Positions 14,501-27,304 of a stretch of 64,000 nt of DNA are shown in pieces. The position numbers and the translations under genes are program-made. How positions within the stretch are numbered: position 1 is the stretch's first letter; each line of letters opens with the position of its first letter. Under the pieces are notes generated by a model. That model did not search any database and was not told the origin of the DNA. It saw nothing but the letters and a program-made list of their open reading frames with translations. Origin of the DNA: Paraspadella gotoi (taxonomy: Eukaryota; Animalia; Chaetognatha); contig CM119270.1 in assembly GCA_051294375.1 (NCBI GenBank), forward strand, positions 3,466,554-3,530,553, written 5' to 3'.

Positions 14501-16142
14501 GATAGGATGAAGTGAGGAATGGGCGCGCCATGATGTGGTGGGTGGCGGTGGAACGGGCAATTATGGGGAAATACTCGACCTACCAACTTCTGACTGAAAC
14601 TGGGGGAGCGCGCGAGTTGGAATGGGCTGGTCGTAAGCAATGGAGGGAACGCTGGCCGGGCTTGTTGAGAGTTTTGACTGGGCGGCGTGGGCTGATCAGT
14701 GAATAATGTGGATCGGGTCGCACGGTCACGAGGGGAAAGGGATGGAGGAAATACGATCGGCCCTCGTTAATTAAGGAGTAGGGGTTTCGTGAGAGAAGGA
14801 AAACGAAAAAATCAACAATGGCGCGAGAAAAATTGTGCCCAGAAGGAGAAAAGATTAGATTTTTTGATTAAGAAGAAACAAAAGGGCGTCCAGCCTAACC
14901 CGATAAAGCTTCGAGGCGGCAGCGATACGACTGGACGACACGACGCGCGGCGCGTGACCCAACCGATGGAACTTCCGACGACGAGACGACGACGCGACGA
15001 GGAAATCACGGCCCCTGTCTTTGTCGTCGTCACGCGTGCGTTCTCGCGCCGAAGTTCACCATTCGAAGTATTTGAAGTTGCAGTTGTTGTTAAGACAATG
15101 GTAGATGTAGATTGTGTAAATGATCGACTCCCGTGATATTTATTTATTACATGTTTGTTACAAATTTATCTGATAAGACTAGGTTCTGTTAGCTTAATAT
15201 TTACGGAAGGGATAAAAGCTAAAACATTTTACAAATATTAATTAATCATAAACATAAACATAAAAACTTCTTCAAGAGGAAAAAAACATTAGTTATCGAA
15301 CGACGGTCGCACATTTTGTCATTCCCCTTGTTTTCGCCGGCGGCGAAAAGTTTAATCAATGCGGAGAGAATGACATATCAGTCAATTAAGCCAAAAGAAA
15401 AAAAAATTTAATCTGAATCAAGACTGAAAATTTGTTATGACAACGGTGGAAAGATGACAGTCAAATGCATATAAGGATGAGAAGGAGAGAGAGATGGAGA
15501 GATGAGAGACTGAGAGAGGAGGACGGACGAGCAAGAGAGAAGAGAGAGAGGATAGGAGAGAGGAAGAGAGCAGGAGGAGATAATAGACGAGAGACGATCA
15601 GGAACTAGAGACGACAGCGAGAGAGGAGATGCACGATCAGAAGCGAGAGAGAAGAAAGCTGAGAGACGGGGTGTGTGTGGGAGAGAGAGAGCAGAGAGAG
15701 AGAGAACCAGAGCGACGTGACGGAGAGAGACACATTCGGCGGAGAAGAGAGACAATGAGAGATGGAGAGAGAGAGAGAGAGAAGAAAGTAGAAGAAGCAG
15801 GCGNNNNNNNNNNNNNNNNNNNNNNNNNGAGAGAGAGCCAGACAGAGAGACAAATATTTCCGCTCAAAATTCTTTCCCTCAAAAATTCGTACCAAGTAAT
15901 ATTTAATTAAATTCAATAAAAAATATTGTATGTATTAAATCTGTTGAAGAGTATGAATTGGAAGGTTGGAGGGTAAGTGAAATGGGTGAGTTAAATTTGA
16001 GGGGAAGAAGTTGAGTAAGAAAAGCGGGTAAGGACAAAAGAGGAGGGAAAGGACAATTGTTTGACTGGGTGAGGACTTGGCTGAAATAATAAAGTAAGAA
16101 CGAGATCAAACAGAAACGAGGATCAGGTATCGAACGAATATA

Positions 16143-16173
<31 letters not shown>

Positions 16174-16558
16174 AAACAAACAACAAAAACAAAAGTAAAC
16201 AAAATACGATCAAAGATCGAATGAGAAAATCGAACGAATGTGGATTCACGACGATCGAAATTCCAGTCACAACCGTGAATGCGTGATCCCCGTGAAAAGG
16301 AAAGAGAGAGAAAGAGAGAGAGAGAGAGGGAGAGGGAGAGGGAGAGAGAGAGAGGGAAAGGGAGAGGGAGAGGGGTGGGGTGTGGATCGACGTGTTTGAG
16401 TTCACGGACAAAAGAAAAGTGATGAAGCAACGAAATTCGGTCAAGGTGTCGAATGACACAAATTTGGAATTATTTTCGAGATTATCATTTTAGTTCTTTA
16501 ACAGGATTTAACGTCTAACTTTTTTAAGGTCCGGGATCACTCAATTCAAATTATAATT
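11538..16558 (+). other. Redundant copies of ~4220-6735 (11538-12552 gapped, ~12900-15540 very noisy, 15830-16558 clean)
   Basis: Shared anchors such as GTATAACGGAATACCG, CTGAATCAAGACTGAAA and GGATCGACGTGTTTGAGTTCACGG. In addition, 11253-11512 is a noisy copy of 17049-17290. Confidence 0.8.
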
Positions 16559-17153
16559 NNNNNNNNNNNNNNNNNNNNNNNNNNNNNNNNNNNNNNNNNN
16601 NNNNNNNNNNNNNNNNNNNNNNNNNNNNNNNNNNNNNNNNNNNNNNNNNNNNNNNNNNNNNNNNNNNNNNNNNNNNNNNNNNNNNNNNNNNNNNNNNNNN
16701 NNNNNNNNNNNNNNNNNNNNNNNNNNNNNNNNNNNNNNNNNNNNNNNNNNNNNNNNNNNNNNNNNNNNNNNNNNNNNNNNNNNNNNNNNNNNNNNNNNNN
16801 NNNNNNNNNNNNNNNNNNNNNNNNNNNNNNNNNNNNNNNNNNNNNNNNNNNNNNNNNNNNNNNNNNNNNNNNNNNNNNNNNNNNNNNNNNNNNNNNNNNN
16901 NNNNNNNNNNNNNNNNNNNNNNNNNNNNNNNNNNNNNNNNNNNNNNNNNNNNNNNNNNNNNNNNNNNNNNNNNNNNNNNNNNNNNNNNNNNNNNNNNNNN
17001 NNNNNNNNNNNNNNNNNNNNNNNNNNNNNNNNNNNNNNNNNNNNNNNNCAAGAGGAACGGAACCAAGCTATCAACGACGGGTAGGTCTGAGGCGGCGGCG
17101 GCGGCGGCGACCTTACTTTTCAATGGAAGGAAAGTTAAATGCGAAGAACTTAC

Positions 17154-17331
17154 CCTTTTCGGCGAAGGGATTTCCGACGGAAGAGTCGATGGAACNNNNN
17201 NNNNNTTCCGACGGACGAGTCGATGGAACCGGAACCGGAATCACGAGGCGAAGTTAATCCAAAGTTTTTTGCGTCGATTTCGTCGCTTCCGGTTGAGGGC
17301 GGCGTCGTCGGCGTCGTCGGCGTCGTCGTCG
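17154..17331 (-). CDS. Candidate Ser/Thr/Pro-rich exon running out of an N-gap
   Basis: TTTPTTPTTPPSTGSDEIDAKNFGLTSPRDSGSGSIDSSVG..NPFAEK ending at donor AAGG|GTAAGT. Confidence 0.35.
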
Positions 17332-18738
17332 NNNNNNNNNNNNNNNNNNNNNNNNNNNNNNNNNNNNNNNNNNNNNNNNNNNNNNNNNNNNNNNNNNNNN
17401 NNNNNNNNNNNNNNNNNNNNNNNNNNNNNNNNNNNNNNNNNNNNNNNNNNNNNNNNNNNNNNNNNNNNNNNNNNNNNNNNNNNNNNNNNNNNNNNNNNNN
17501 NNNNNNNNNNNNNNNNNNNNNNNNNNNNNNNNNNNNNNNNNNNNNNNNNNNNNNNNNNNNNNNNNNNNNNNNNNNNNNNNNNNNNNNNNNNNTACGCTTT
17601 AGGCTTGATTAAGTTGTCAGAAACATTGTAAAGCATTTTGTATGTTTTCATTAGTCAAAATACGCAACAAAAAAAAACTAACAATCGCCCAAAAAAAAAA
17701 AAATATCTTCTGCTCTGGTGGATCGAGAAAAAAAAGTTGGGGGAGGATCGAAAGATCGAAAGAAAAGATCGAAAAAAGAAAAGTGCATCGGCGTCGATAA
17801 TAAAAACACGATAAACGTTTTTATGAACCAAGAAAATAAATAAACGAACGAGAGAAAAAAAAATTATTTCGTCGAAACCGATAGGCGCGCCCCCCCCCAG
17901 CCCCGGCCGTGGGGGGGGGGAAGGGGTGGGTGAGGGAAAGAGGGTAAAGTAAGGTTGGGCTTTATCGGGTTAGGAAATGTTAAGAATTTGATCGGACGNN
18001 NNNNNNNNNNNNNNNNNNNNNNNNNNNNNNNNNNNNNNNNNNNNNNNNNNNNNNNNNNNNNNNNNNNNNNNNNNNNNNNNNNNNNNNNNNNNNNNNNNNN
18101 NNNNNNNNNNNNNNNNNNNNNNNNNNNNNNNNNNNNNNNNNNNNNNNNNNNNNNNNNNNNNNNNNNNNNNNNNNNNNNNNNNNNNNNNNNNNNNNNNNNN
18201 NNNNNNNNNNNNNNNNNNNNNNNNNNNNNNNNNNNNNNNNNNNNNNNNNNNNNNNNNNNNNNNNNNNNNNNNNNNNNNNNNNNNNNNNNNNNNNNNNNNN
18301 NNNNNNNNNNNNNNNNNNNNNNNNNNNNNNNNNNNNNNNNNNNNNNNNNNNNNNNNNNNNNNNNNNNNNNNNNNNNNNNNNNNNNNNNNNNNNNNNNNNN
18401 NNNNNNNNNNNNNNNNNNNNNNNNNNNNNNNNNNNNNNNNNNNNNNNNNNNNNNNNNNNNNNNNNNNNNNNNNNNNNNNNNNNNNNNNNNNNNNNNNNNN
18501 NNNNNNNNNNNNNNNNNNNNNNNNNNNNNNNNNNNNNNNNNNNNNNNNNNNNNNNNNNNNNNNNNNNNNNNNNNNNNNNNNNNNNNNNNNNNNNNNNNNN
18601 NNNNNNNNNNNNNNNNNNNNNNNNNNNNNNNNNNNNNNNNNNNNNNNNNNNNNNNNNNNNNNNNNNNTTTCAGTTGAAGAATGATTTACGGCCGACGTCG
18701 CAGCTCATTTCATCGGAGGCCGAAGAGGACTGGCCAAG

Positions 18739-19260
18739 GTCGAAATGCTGTAGTTGGATGGATCGAAATGCTGTTATTGGATGGGTCAAAATGATGCAGT
18801 TGGATATGGAAGAAATGATGCAGTTGGATGGGTAGAAATGGTGAAGTTGGAAGGGTCGAAATGCTGTAGTTTGATTGGACGAAATGGTGTAGTTAGATGG
18901 ATAGAAATGTTGTAGTTTGATGGGACGAAATGGTGTATTTGGATGGGGATAAATGCTGTAGTTTGATGGGACCAAATGGTATAGTTAGATGGGTAGAAAT
19001 GGTGTAGTGGGATGGGTCGAAATGGTGTAGTGGAATGGGTCGAAATGATGTAGTTAGAAGAGTAGAAATGCTGTAGTTTGATAGGTCGAAATGCTGTAGT
19101 TGGATGGGTCAAAATGCTGTAGTTGGATCGGTCGAAATGGTGTAGTTGGATGGTAGAAATGCTGTCGTTGGATGGGTTGATGTATACTGCGGTAGGATGG
19201 GTCTTTATACTACGGTTGGATGGGTCAATATACTGCAGTTTGATGGGTGGATATACTGCA
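18739..19260 (+). repeat. 23-bp minisatellite, ~23 degenerate units
   Basis: Consensus GTCGAAATGCTGTAGTTGGATGG. The last units drift to an ATACTGC variant. Confidence 0.9.
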
Positions 19261-20306
19261 TATACCTCCTCTATGTTAATAATTTAATGACGGCATAGAA
19301 CCTCATTTTAATGACTCACTAAGTGAGTTTCACTGGCACAAAAAAATCTGACTGAGACATCGACGCCTCGTCTTGATTTTCGTCGCCTTGTCGTCGTCAT
19401 CTGCTTCGTCGTGAGAGTTTGAAAGTTTAAAATAAACAAAAATTAACTATTTTGAACGTATTTTTAAAAAAAAATCAATCAAATTATTTCGCAATATTAC
19501 AAGATTTTTAATGTTATGTATAACATATTCAGCGTCGAGAGATATTTTGTTAATTGAAAAAAAAAATATTGACACAAAAAAAAAAAACTGATTTGAGATA
19601 AACGATCGACCGACCGACTCGATGATTGAACGGTCTGTTATTTTATATTTATAATTTACATTTTATTTTTTACTTTTCACGTACGTATATTTGAAAAAAG
19701 GTTGATTTTTCGTATTTCTTTTAATTTAAATAATAGCTTGTATTTTCTTTCTCTTTATAGACGAAAGTTTTATTGATCCAGCCCGGAGAGGTTTCGCTTT
19801 AAAGTTGTGCCGCTTTTGGTGTCTGGTAGAAAAACGATCGCTTTTTGGAAAGACAGAGAGAGAGAGAGAGAGAGAGAGNNNNNNNNNNNNNNNNNNNNNN
19901 NNNNNNNNNNNNNNNNNNNNNNNNNNNNNNNNNNNNNNNNNNNNNNNNNNNNNNNNNNNNNNNNNNNNNNNNNNNNNNNNNNNNNNNNNNNNNNNNNNNN
20001 NNNNNNNNNNNNNNNNNNNNNNNNNNNNNNNNNNNNNNNNNNNNNNNNNNNNNNNNNNNNNNNNTTCCAATTTTCCTCCCATCCTTCTCACACTCTTTCA
20101 AATAATCCTATCCTTTTCACACTCTTTCCCATACTCCTTCCCGCCTTACCCCGTCTCAACATCGCAGTCGAACAAAAGTGAATCGACAGAGCAAACCTCA
20201 TTCTCAGTTTTGTTATTGTTTTTTCCCGCGAGAATCTTTTTCTTATTAACTCAAGATTCTTCCTTTTATCAGTTCGACACTTCGTCAAAACCAGACTAGA
20301 AAAAAC

Positions 20307-20346
<40 letters not shown>

Positions 20347-23300
20347 CCGTCATCGCGAATCTCATTAATCGATTTGGGAAAAATTCTTTTAATTTCAAAA
20401 AAACAAAATATAATTAGACGTCAGATTCCTTAACAAAAAGCAAAACACCTGATTTACAAAGACCGTTTTATTAGAATATTTTATACAGAGAGAAAGAAAG
20501 CGCCNNNNNNNNNNNNNNNNNNNNNNNNNNNNNNNNNNNNNNNNNNNNNNNNNNNNNNNNNNNNNNNNNNNNNNNNNNNNNNNNNNNNNNNNNNNNNNNN
20601 NNNNNNNNNNNNNNNNNNNNNNNNNNNNNNNNNNNNNNNNNNNNNNNNNNNNNNNNNNNNNNNNNNNNNNNNNNNNNNNNNNNNNNNNNNNNNNNNNNNN
20701 NNNNNNNNNNNNNNNNTTTCTTTCTCAGTGTTGATTATAAAAGGCAAAAAACTATAGAATAAAAGAATGTTGATAATAAATTGTATAGAGAAAACATTAA
20801 AAAAAAGCAAGAATTGTTGTCGCTTCGATGAGAAAAATTAATTTCTCACACACACACACAGAGAAAAAGGAGCCACAAAAGGATCCATTATCCAATGTTG
20901 CTTTTTTTTCATCTTTTTTTCTTTCGCTTAAAAAAATTTTAAAATTAACTAAAGAAAAATTCATCACCGGCTTTTTCTCATCTACAATTCATTCTTTGTC
21001 TTTAGATTTTTGAAAGAAAAACTTTTTAATGGATGGGAATCTTTAGGATTTTTGGGTTGTTTTTTCTTCTTCTTACTACTTTTAGTATGAAAAGTGTGAT
21101 AAGATATGCCGATGATAGAAATTGGAACGAACACATTATTTATTTTGATTCGCGGCGATCTCCAGGCCCGGCGAATAACTCGCGAGACAACATATCGTAA
21201 TGTTGCAATGTCGACTGGTGGTTCGTCGCCCCAAGCTGCTAAACTCGTTATTATAGTGGAATAAAATCCACAAACCGTTCATCAGCGGCCATTGGTGCCG
21301 GAGGCAAGTCATTCGCCTCCCAAAAGGTCCGGGGTTCTTGCCAGCCTGTAATTCGGAGTTACAGCCTAATCCGAAGCTCGGGGACTGCTTATATTGAACG
21401 GTTATGTCTTTAACTCATAACAATAATTACTGTCTCTTCATTATCACGTTTTACTTCAATTTTTGTTAGTAAAAACACTTAGCCTAAGAGAAGTTAAGTT
21501 AAGTTTAATGTATACAAAAAAGGGGAAAAATATTGGTTCGACCATCAGCGGTGATTATGTCGATTGTCGAGTATTTATCGGCTGATGTCTGATTCAACCC
21601 GATTGTGCAACGTGCACTGATTAGATCTTGCAGATTGAGCAACATTTAATTAATCCATTGTGGAAATTGAAAATGAGAAAAAATCGCATGAAGCCTAATG
21701 CAATCAGTTTAAAGAAAAGATATCGATAGCTTAATTGTGAATTGTGTAATTTAAAAAAATATCAGAAATTAAGGACTGAAATTGTAAAAGAATTATGACT
21801 ATTTCGAGTGGGACAGAAAACACAATCTTTGAATCTGAGAAAACTTTATAATCGGTCAACCCTAGAAAATTCGGACGGGACAGAAATTGACCAGTGAGCC
21901 TGAGACAAAAATTCCTTCGCCGAAACCAAAACCTCAACGACGAAACATTTCCTTTTTTTTTATCATCGACGCCCAAACGGAAAAAAGTTCTTCCGGTGAA
22001 ACTCAACTTTTTTAAATGACAAATTTTAAAGGCGAAAGAAGAATTTTCTCACTTGATCTTCGTTCTTGAAAGGAAGAGATGAATTTGTAAAGAATTGTTG
22101 AAAGAATAATTGATGTAAATTTTACAAGAAGTTTGCATCAATTTCACATATACGTTTTTAAGTTGAAGTAATCTAAGCGTCCTTAATGGCTTCATGGTTT
22201 ATAAGTTAAATATAAATGTGTTCACGAACTCTCCCCTCCGAGTACCCAATTCGACAAATTACTTCCTATTGATCGTTATTTCCCTCTAAATATTTCGAAT
22301 CCAACTCCTGCTACATTCATTCCTACGCCCCTTAAATTCAAATCTCAAGTCGTCCGATTCTTAAACCTTTTTTAGTCCAACATCACTTGAGCAAAGTTCG
22401 GCCTCACATATTCGTGTCCCTTAAAATTCTCTTTCTTTTTTCTTTTTCTTTTTTTTTTTAGTGAAACTTAAAAATTTGCGCCCTTAACTTCTCTCGCCTT
22501 CTTTTTATTTCTTGAAGAAAAAAATAACATCTTGAAAAAGTATAAAAGGAAAATTTTGGCCAAAGTAAAGACTTTGACCTTTCAAGTTTTTGAGAAAATT
22601 TGGTTGTTATTCGAGAAAAGAAAGAATTTTTTTCAAGTTTTCAAGTTTAAAAAGAAGTCATAAAAAAGTGAATGCATCAGTAAACAGAATTCAACGTTTT
22701 AGAAATCAAATTGTAGTTCGACCAAGCTCCGAGCCATTCTGACAATCATTGGTTATATACTCATATACTCAATATTTGTAACCTTCTCTTTAATGTCAAA
22801 GGGAATTTACATCACAGAATCTACAATCACAAGAGACCCAACGGTGACCGAGCTCACTTTCCCGTCATTTAAGCTACCCAAGTGCATTAATCCTTTAATA
22901 TTCTCTTTTCGATGTAAAATCCACTTTAAAATTAACCAATTTTCGTGGCGATAAACTTCAAAAGACCAATGATTTAGTTGAGCATCGGAAATCGTTTCCT
23001 CCCGATGATGAACCGCGAGTCGTGAGTGAATCGAAACGTTGCAGGCCAAAAACAATACATTTAATTACATTTAAAATGTTTAAAAAAACAAATTCTTGAT
23101 TCTATTTTATTATTTTTAAAACGATAATAACGCACTTGGTGGTATTAAACAATGAAACGAAAAAAACGACAAAAAAGATTTTAAAAAATCGAAGTTTAAT
23201 TTTGAGCAAAAAAAAGTTGTATTCGTTCCTCCCACCAAAATTTCGAGACTCAGTGCGCTTGTCTTTATTTCTCCCTCTATCTCTCTCTTTCCGTCCAGCT

Positions 23301-23375
23301 TTTTCTTCGATCCAAATCGAGAGGGATAGAGAAAGGAAGAGAGAGTGAGAGAGAGAGAGAGTAAGTAAAACCTAC

Positions 23376-23524
23376 CTCTCCGCAGCGTTCGCCGCGCCGC
23401 TGCCGCTTAAATAGTTTTCTTGTTTCCGCTTCTGCTCGTCAGATGGCAGCGGCGGGCGAGGGGAGCTTAAAGTATCGATGCTCTTTTGTCGAGACTTGCC
23501 CAGACTCGTTTCTGATGTCGACAT
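23376..23524 (-). CDS. Candidate first coding exon of an unidentified gene
   Basis: ACA-ATG start, 49 open codons (MSTSETSLGKSRQKSIDTLSSPRPPLPSDEQKRKQENYLSGSGAANAAE), donor AG|GTAGGT; GC-rich island. Confidence 0.4.
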
Positions 23525-23791
23525 TGTTACCGTTGTTACATTGCAAACTATTTTGCAAATTGGTTACTTCACACATAAAATAATTTTCTAATACCTAAAG
23601 ACCTAGATATAGCATAGGTACGTATGTATTAAACTATGACATGTAAGTTTCAAAAAAAAAAATTACTAATACTACACTGTAAATCTCATACAAACAAAAG
23701 ATAAAAAAAAACATTAAAATGAAACCAAACAATTACAAATTCAACGCAATCAAAGAATCCCCACCCGTGCCACCCCCCCCCAAGTCCTTAC

Positions 23792-23913
23792 CCTCGGCTC
23801 GGCGCGGGGCAAAAAGGTGAGGAGACGACTTTCTCCGGTGAGGTCCAACTTTTCGTCGTCGTCTTCGTCGCTCCGTTGCGTCGTCGTCGTCGTCGTCGTC
23901 ATCGTCGTCGGAC
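23792..23913 (-). CDS. Candidate internal exon
   Basis: Acceptor TTTCCTTTCGTCGTCTCAG| and donor AGG|GTAAGG; open in more than one frame. Confidence 0.35.
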
Positions 23914-24211
23914 CTGAGACGACGAAAGGAAATCCGTAACAAAATTCTATTGACAGAAACAGAAAATCGATTTGTTTGAATGTTGTTGTTGTTGTCTTAG
24001 TTGTTTTTGTTGTTGTTGTTGTTAATCGCTCCAACGTTTCATCAAGATCAATTAATCCTTTTTTTCTTTTTTTTTTAATCTATCGCTCTAAATATCTGTA
24101 TCGCTATTAATCGATCGCTCTGATTCATATAATCGCTTCATATTGATCGCGCCAAATCTCCCAAACGCTTTCCATCTATCGCTTTAAATGATTCAATCAC
24201 TTTAAACTGAT

Positions 24212-24306
24212 CGCTCTCGCTCTCGCTCTCGCTCTCGCTCTCGCTCTCGCTCTCGCTCTCGCTCTCGCTCTCGCTCTCGCTCTCGCTCTCGCTCTCGCTC
24301 TCGCTC
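24212..24306 (+). repeat. (CGCTCT)n hexamer microsatellite
   Basis: About 16 perfect units. Confidence 0.95.
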
Positions 24307-26590
24307 TTATCCTCGGCCCCGATTCCCTAAACATCTCAAAAATTCTCGTTTTCCCTGAAGAGAGAAAATACGGAAATCGACTGGAAGACGAAAAGGGCGA
24401 TCATCTCNNNNNNNNNNNNNNNNNNNNNNNNNNNNNNNNNNNNNNNNNNNNNNNNNNNNNNNNNNNNNNNNNNNNNNNNNNNNNNNNNNNNNNNNNNNNN
24501 NNNNNNNNNNNNNNNNNNNNNNNNNNNNNNNNNNNNNNNNNNNNNNNNNNNNNNNNNNNNNNNNNNNNNNNNNNNNNNNNNNNNNNNNNNNNNNNNNNNN
24601 NNNNNNNNNNNNNNNNNNNNNNNNNNNNNNNNNNNNNNNNNNNNNNNNNNNNNNNNNNNNNNNNNNNNNNNNNNNNNNNNNNNNNNNNNNNNNNNNNNNN
24701 NNNNNNNNNNNNNNNNNNNNNNNNNNNNNNNNNNNNNNNNNNNNNNNNNNNNNNAAAAAAGAAAGAAAGTTTCGTGAGAAATTTCGTGTTTGTTCTCGAC
24801 GCATTTCCGCTTTCGTCTCTCGCGCGTAAAAATTCCAGTTTACTCTCTTTGTCTCGACCAAGAAGAGAAAGTTTTTGAAGCGAAGAGAACGTACGGGACG
24901 TACGGGACGTACGGACCTAGAGACCACGGATGTTTTGTTTGTACGTATTGTGAATAGTATGTATTATATGTATTATATGTTTATATGTATAAGCAAACGA
25001 AACAAGGAACGGTCATTCGATAATTTTTTCTTCAAAGCCTAACTTAATACATAATTCATTGGCTTATAAATATTTTAAAAAATACTCGATATAAACTCAT
25101 TTTAGTTTATTGGCTTGTAGAGTCGTTTTACGACTACTGTTACTCCTATCTGTATGAAACTTTACAAGGATAAAATTATAATACAATAATACAATACTAT
25201 CCCATAACATATTTCGACCCGTTAATTCAAACATAATGACAAACAACTACAACAACAACAANNNNNNNNNNNNNNNNNNNNNNNNNNNNNNNNNNNNNNN
25301 NNNNNNNNNNNNNNNNNNNNNNNNNNNNNNNNNNNNNNNNNNNNNNNNNNNNNNNNNNNNNNNNNNNNNNNNNNNNNNNNNNNNNNNNNNNNNNNNNNNN
25401 NNNNNNNNNNNNNNNNNNNNNNNNNNNNNNNNNNNNNNNNNNNNNNNNNNNNNNNNNNNNNNNNNNNNNNNNNNNNNNNNNNNNNNNNNNGGAGTGGCGC
25501 GGCCGGAGCCGCGTCGACCGGAAGGGGGCGTGGCTCGAACGCGGGCGCGAGATGAAGGCGAAAGACCGAAGCGCATTTTTGAATAAGCGATCGAGGGATG
25601 TTTTGTTGTTTCTTTAGTTTGTTGTTTATTGTTTTGTTTATGTTTTTTATATTTTGTTTTGTTTTGATTTTTTTTAACTGTTTTGTTTATTTAATGTTTT
25701 TTTGTTCGTTTGTTTTCTTCCTGCGTTCATTTTTTTAAAATCTTATTTATGAGTTTCAACTTTTTTAAATTTTCATCTCTTGTTTTATTATTGTTGTTCT
25801 TCTTTTTTTCATTTCTGTTTAATTTGTTTCCGATTAAGTTTTCAATTTTTATTTCTTCCATCAAAAGCAAAAACACAATTTTTTTTTAAAGAAAGAAGAC
25901 GAAAAAAGTTTCAATTTCAACTTTTTTTCTCCTCAAATTAACAAATTTGAGAAAAATTTTGTTCTGAAACCAAAAAAAAGAAATTCGAAAGGAAAAAAAN
26001 NNNNNNNNNNNNNNNNNNNNNNNNNNNNNNNNNNNNNNNNNNNNNNNNNNNNNNNNNNNNNNNNNNNNNNNNNNNNNNNNNNNNNNNNNNNNNNNNNNNN
26101 NNNNNNNNNNNNNNNNNNNNNNNNNNNNNNNNNNNNNNNNNNNNNNNNNNNNNNNNNNNNNNNNNNNNNNNNNNNNNNNNNNNNNGGCCATTGATTGTCC
26201 ATTTTTGTGCGAAATACGACGACGACGACGACAACAACAAATTCGGAATTGAGGAACTCAGCTAAATGTTTAAAATCTACAACAACAAAAACAAGAATAA
26301 CAACAACAACAACAACGAGTTTTAGAGAATCGATCGGACGAACCACGATGTAGATGATGACGACGACGACGATGACGATGACGACGAAAACAACGACGAC
26401 GAGGTTGACGACTAAAAAGACGATGACGACGACGACGAATTCGAAAAAGAAGACGACGATGACGACGAAGAAACTTCCATCCTCGATGACCGGATGAGGA
26501 CAGACAACGACGGACCACTTGAGCCGAAGTGCGAACGGTGATCACCGATCACTCAATCTTTTCCTTTGGTGAATTAACGCTGGACGTTGG

Positions 26591-26783
26591 CATCGATTCA
26601 GTTCCCTTCCTCTTTCTCATCGATTCAGTTCCCTTCCTCTTTCTCATCGATTCAGTTCCCTTCCTCTTTCTCATCGATTCAGTTCCCTTCCTCTTTCTCA
26701 TCGATTCAGTTCCCTTCCTCTTTCTCATCGATTCAGTTCCCTTCCTCTTTCTCATCGATTCAGTTCCCTTCCTCTTTCTCATC
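26591..26783 (+). repeat. Perfect 27-bp tandem repeat, 7 units
   Basis: CATCGATTCAGTTCCCTTCCTCTTTCT x7 plus CATC. Confidence 0.95.
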
Positions 26784-27259
26784 ACGCGAAGATGAATCCG
26801 ACATTCTTGAGTTTTTGATTATTTTCCGGTTTGTGATCGATTTAATTGGACAAAAAATTGGCCAATGACGAGAGAGAGAAAGAGACAATGACAAAGAGTT
26901 GGAAGTCATTGAATAAAGATTAGTGAATGTTGAGCGATAATTGATAAAGATTAATTTTTGTAAAAAAATATATTCGGTTTGAATAATGAAATAGTAGTTC
27001 ATTCGTAGAGGAGAAATGATGTTGTGGTCAGTTTAGTGTGGTTCAAACGAATTGAAGTGGACCTAATTATTGCAACTTGTAAAAAAAAGGGAAGAGAAAA
27101 ATGAATTAATAAAACAAACAAAACTAAACTGGGTCCAAACGGCGAAAAAAAGAACAAAAGAAAAAAAACTCACGACAGACTCGAGAGAGGAAATAAGGGA
27201 AGAACATGGTAAACTGAGGAGAGAGAGGGAGAGACGAGGAGATGAGAGAGGAATAGGAG

Positions 27260-27304
<45 letters not shown>

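Noticed and set aside
21277-21290. Hammerhead ribozyme suggested by a minus-strand CTGATGA
   Set aside because: No stem II closed by GAAA and no compatible stem I/III arrangement.
11766-26346. ORFs containing long X runs
   Set aside because: They span assembly N-gaps and carry no information.
26591-26783. CRISPR-like appearance of the 27-bp repeats
   Set aside because: Units are head-to-tail with no spacers, there are no cas genes, and the context is eukaryotic.
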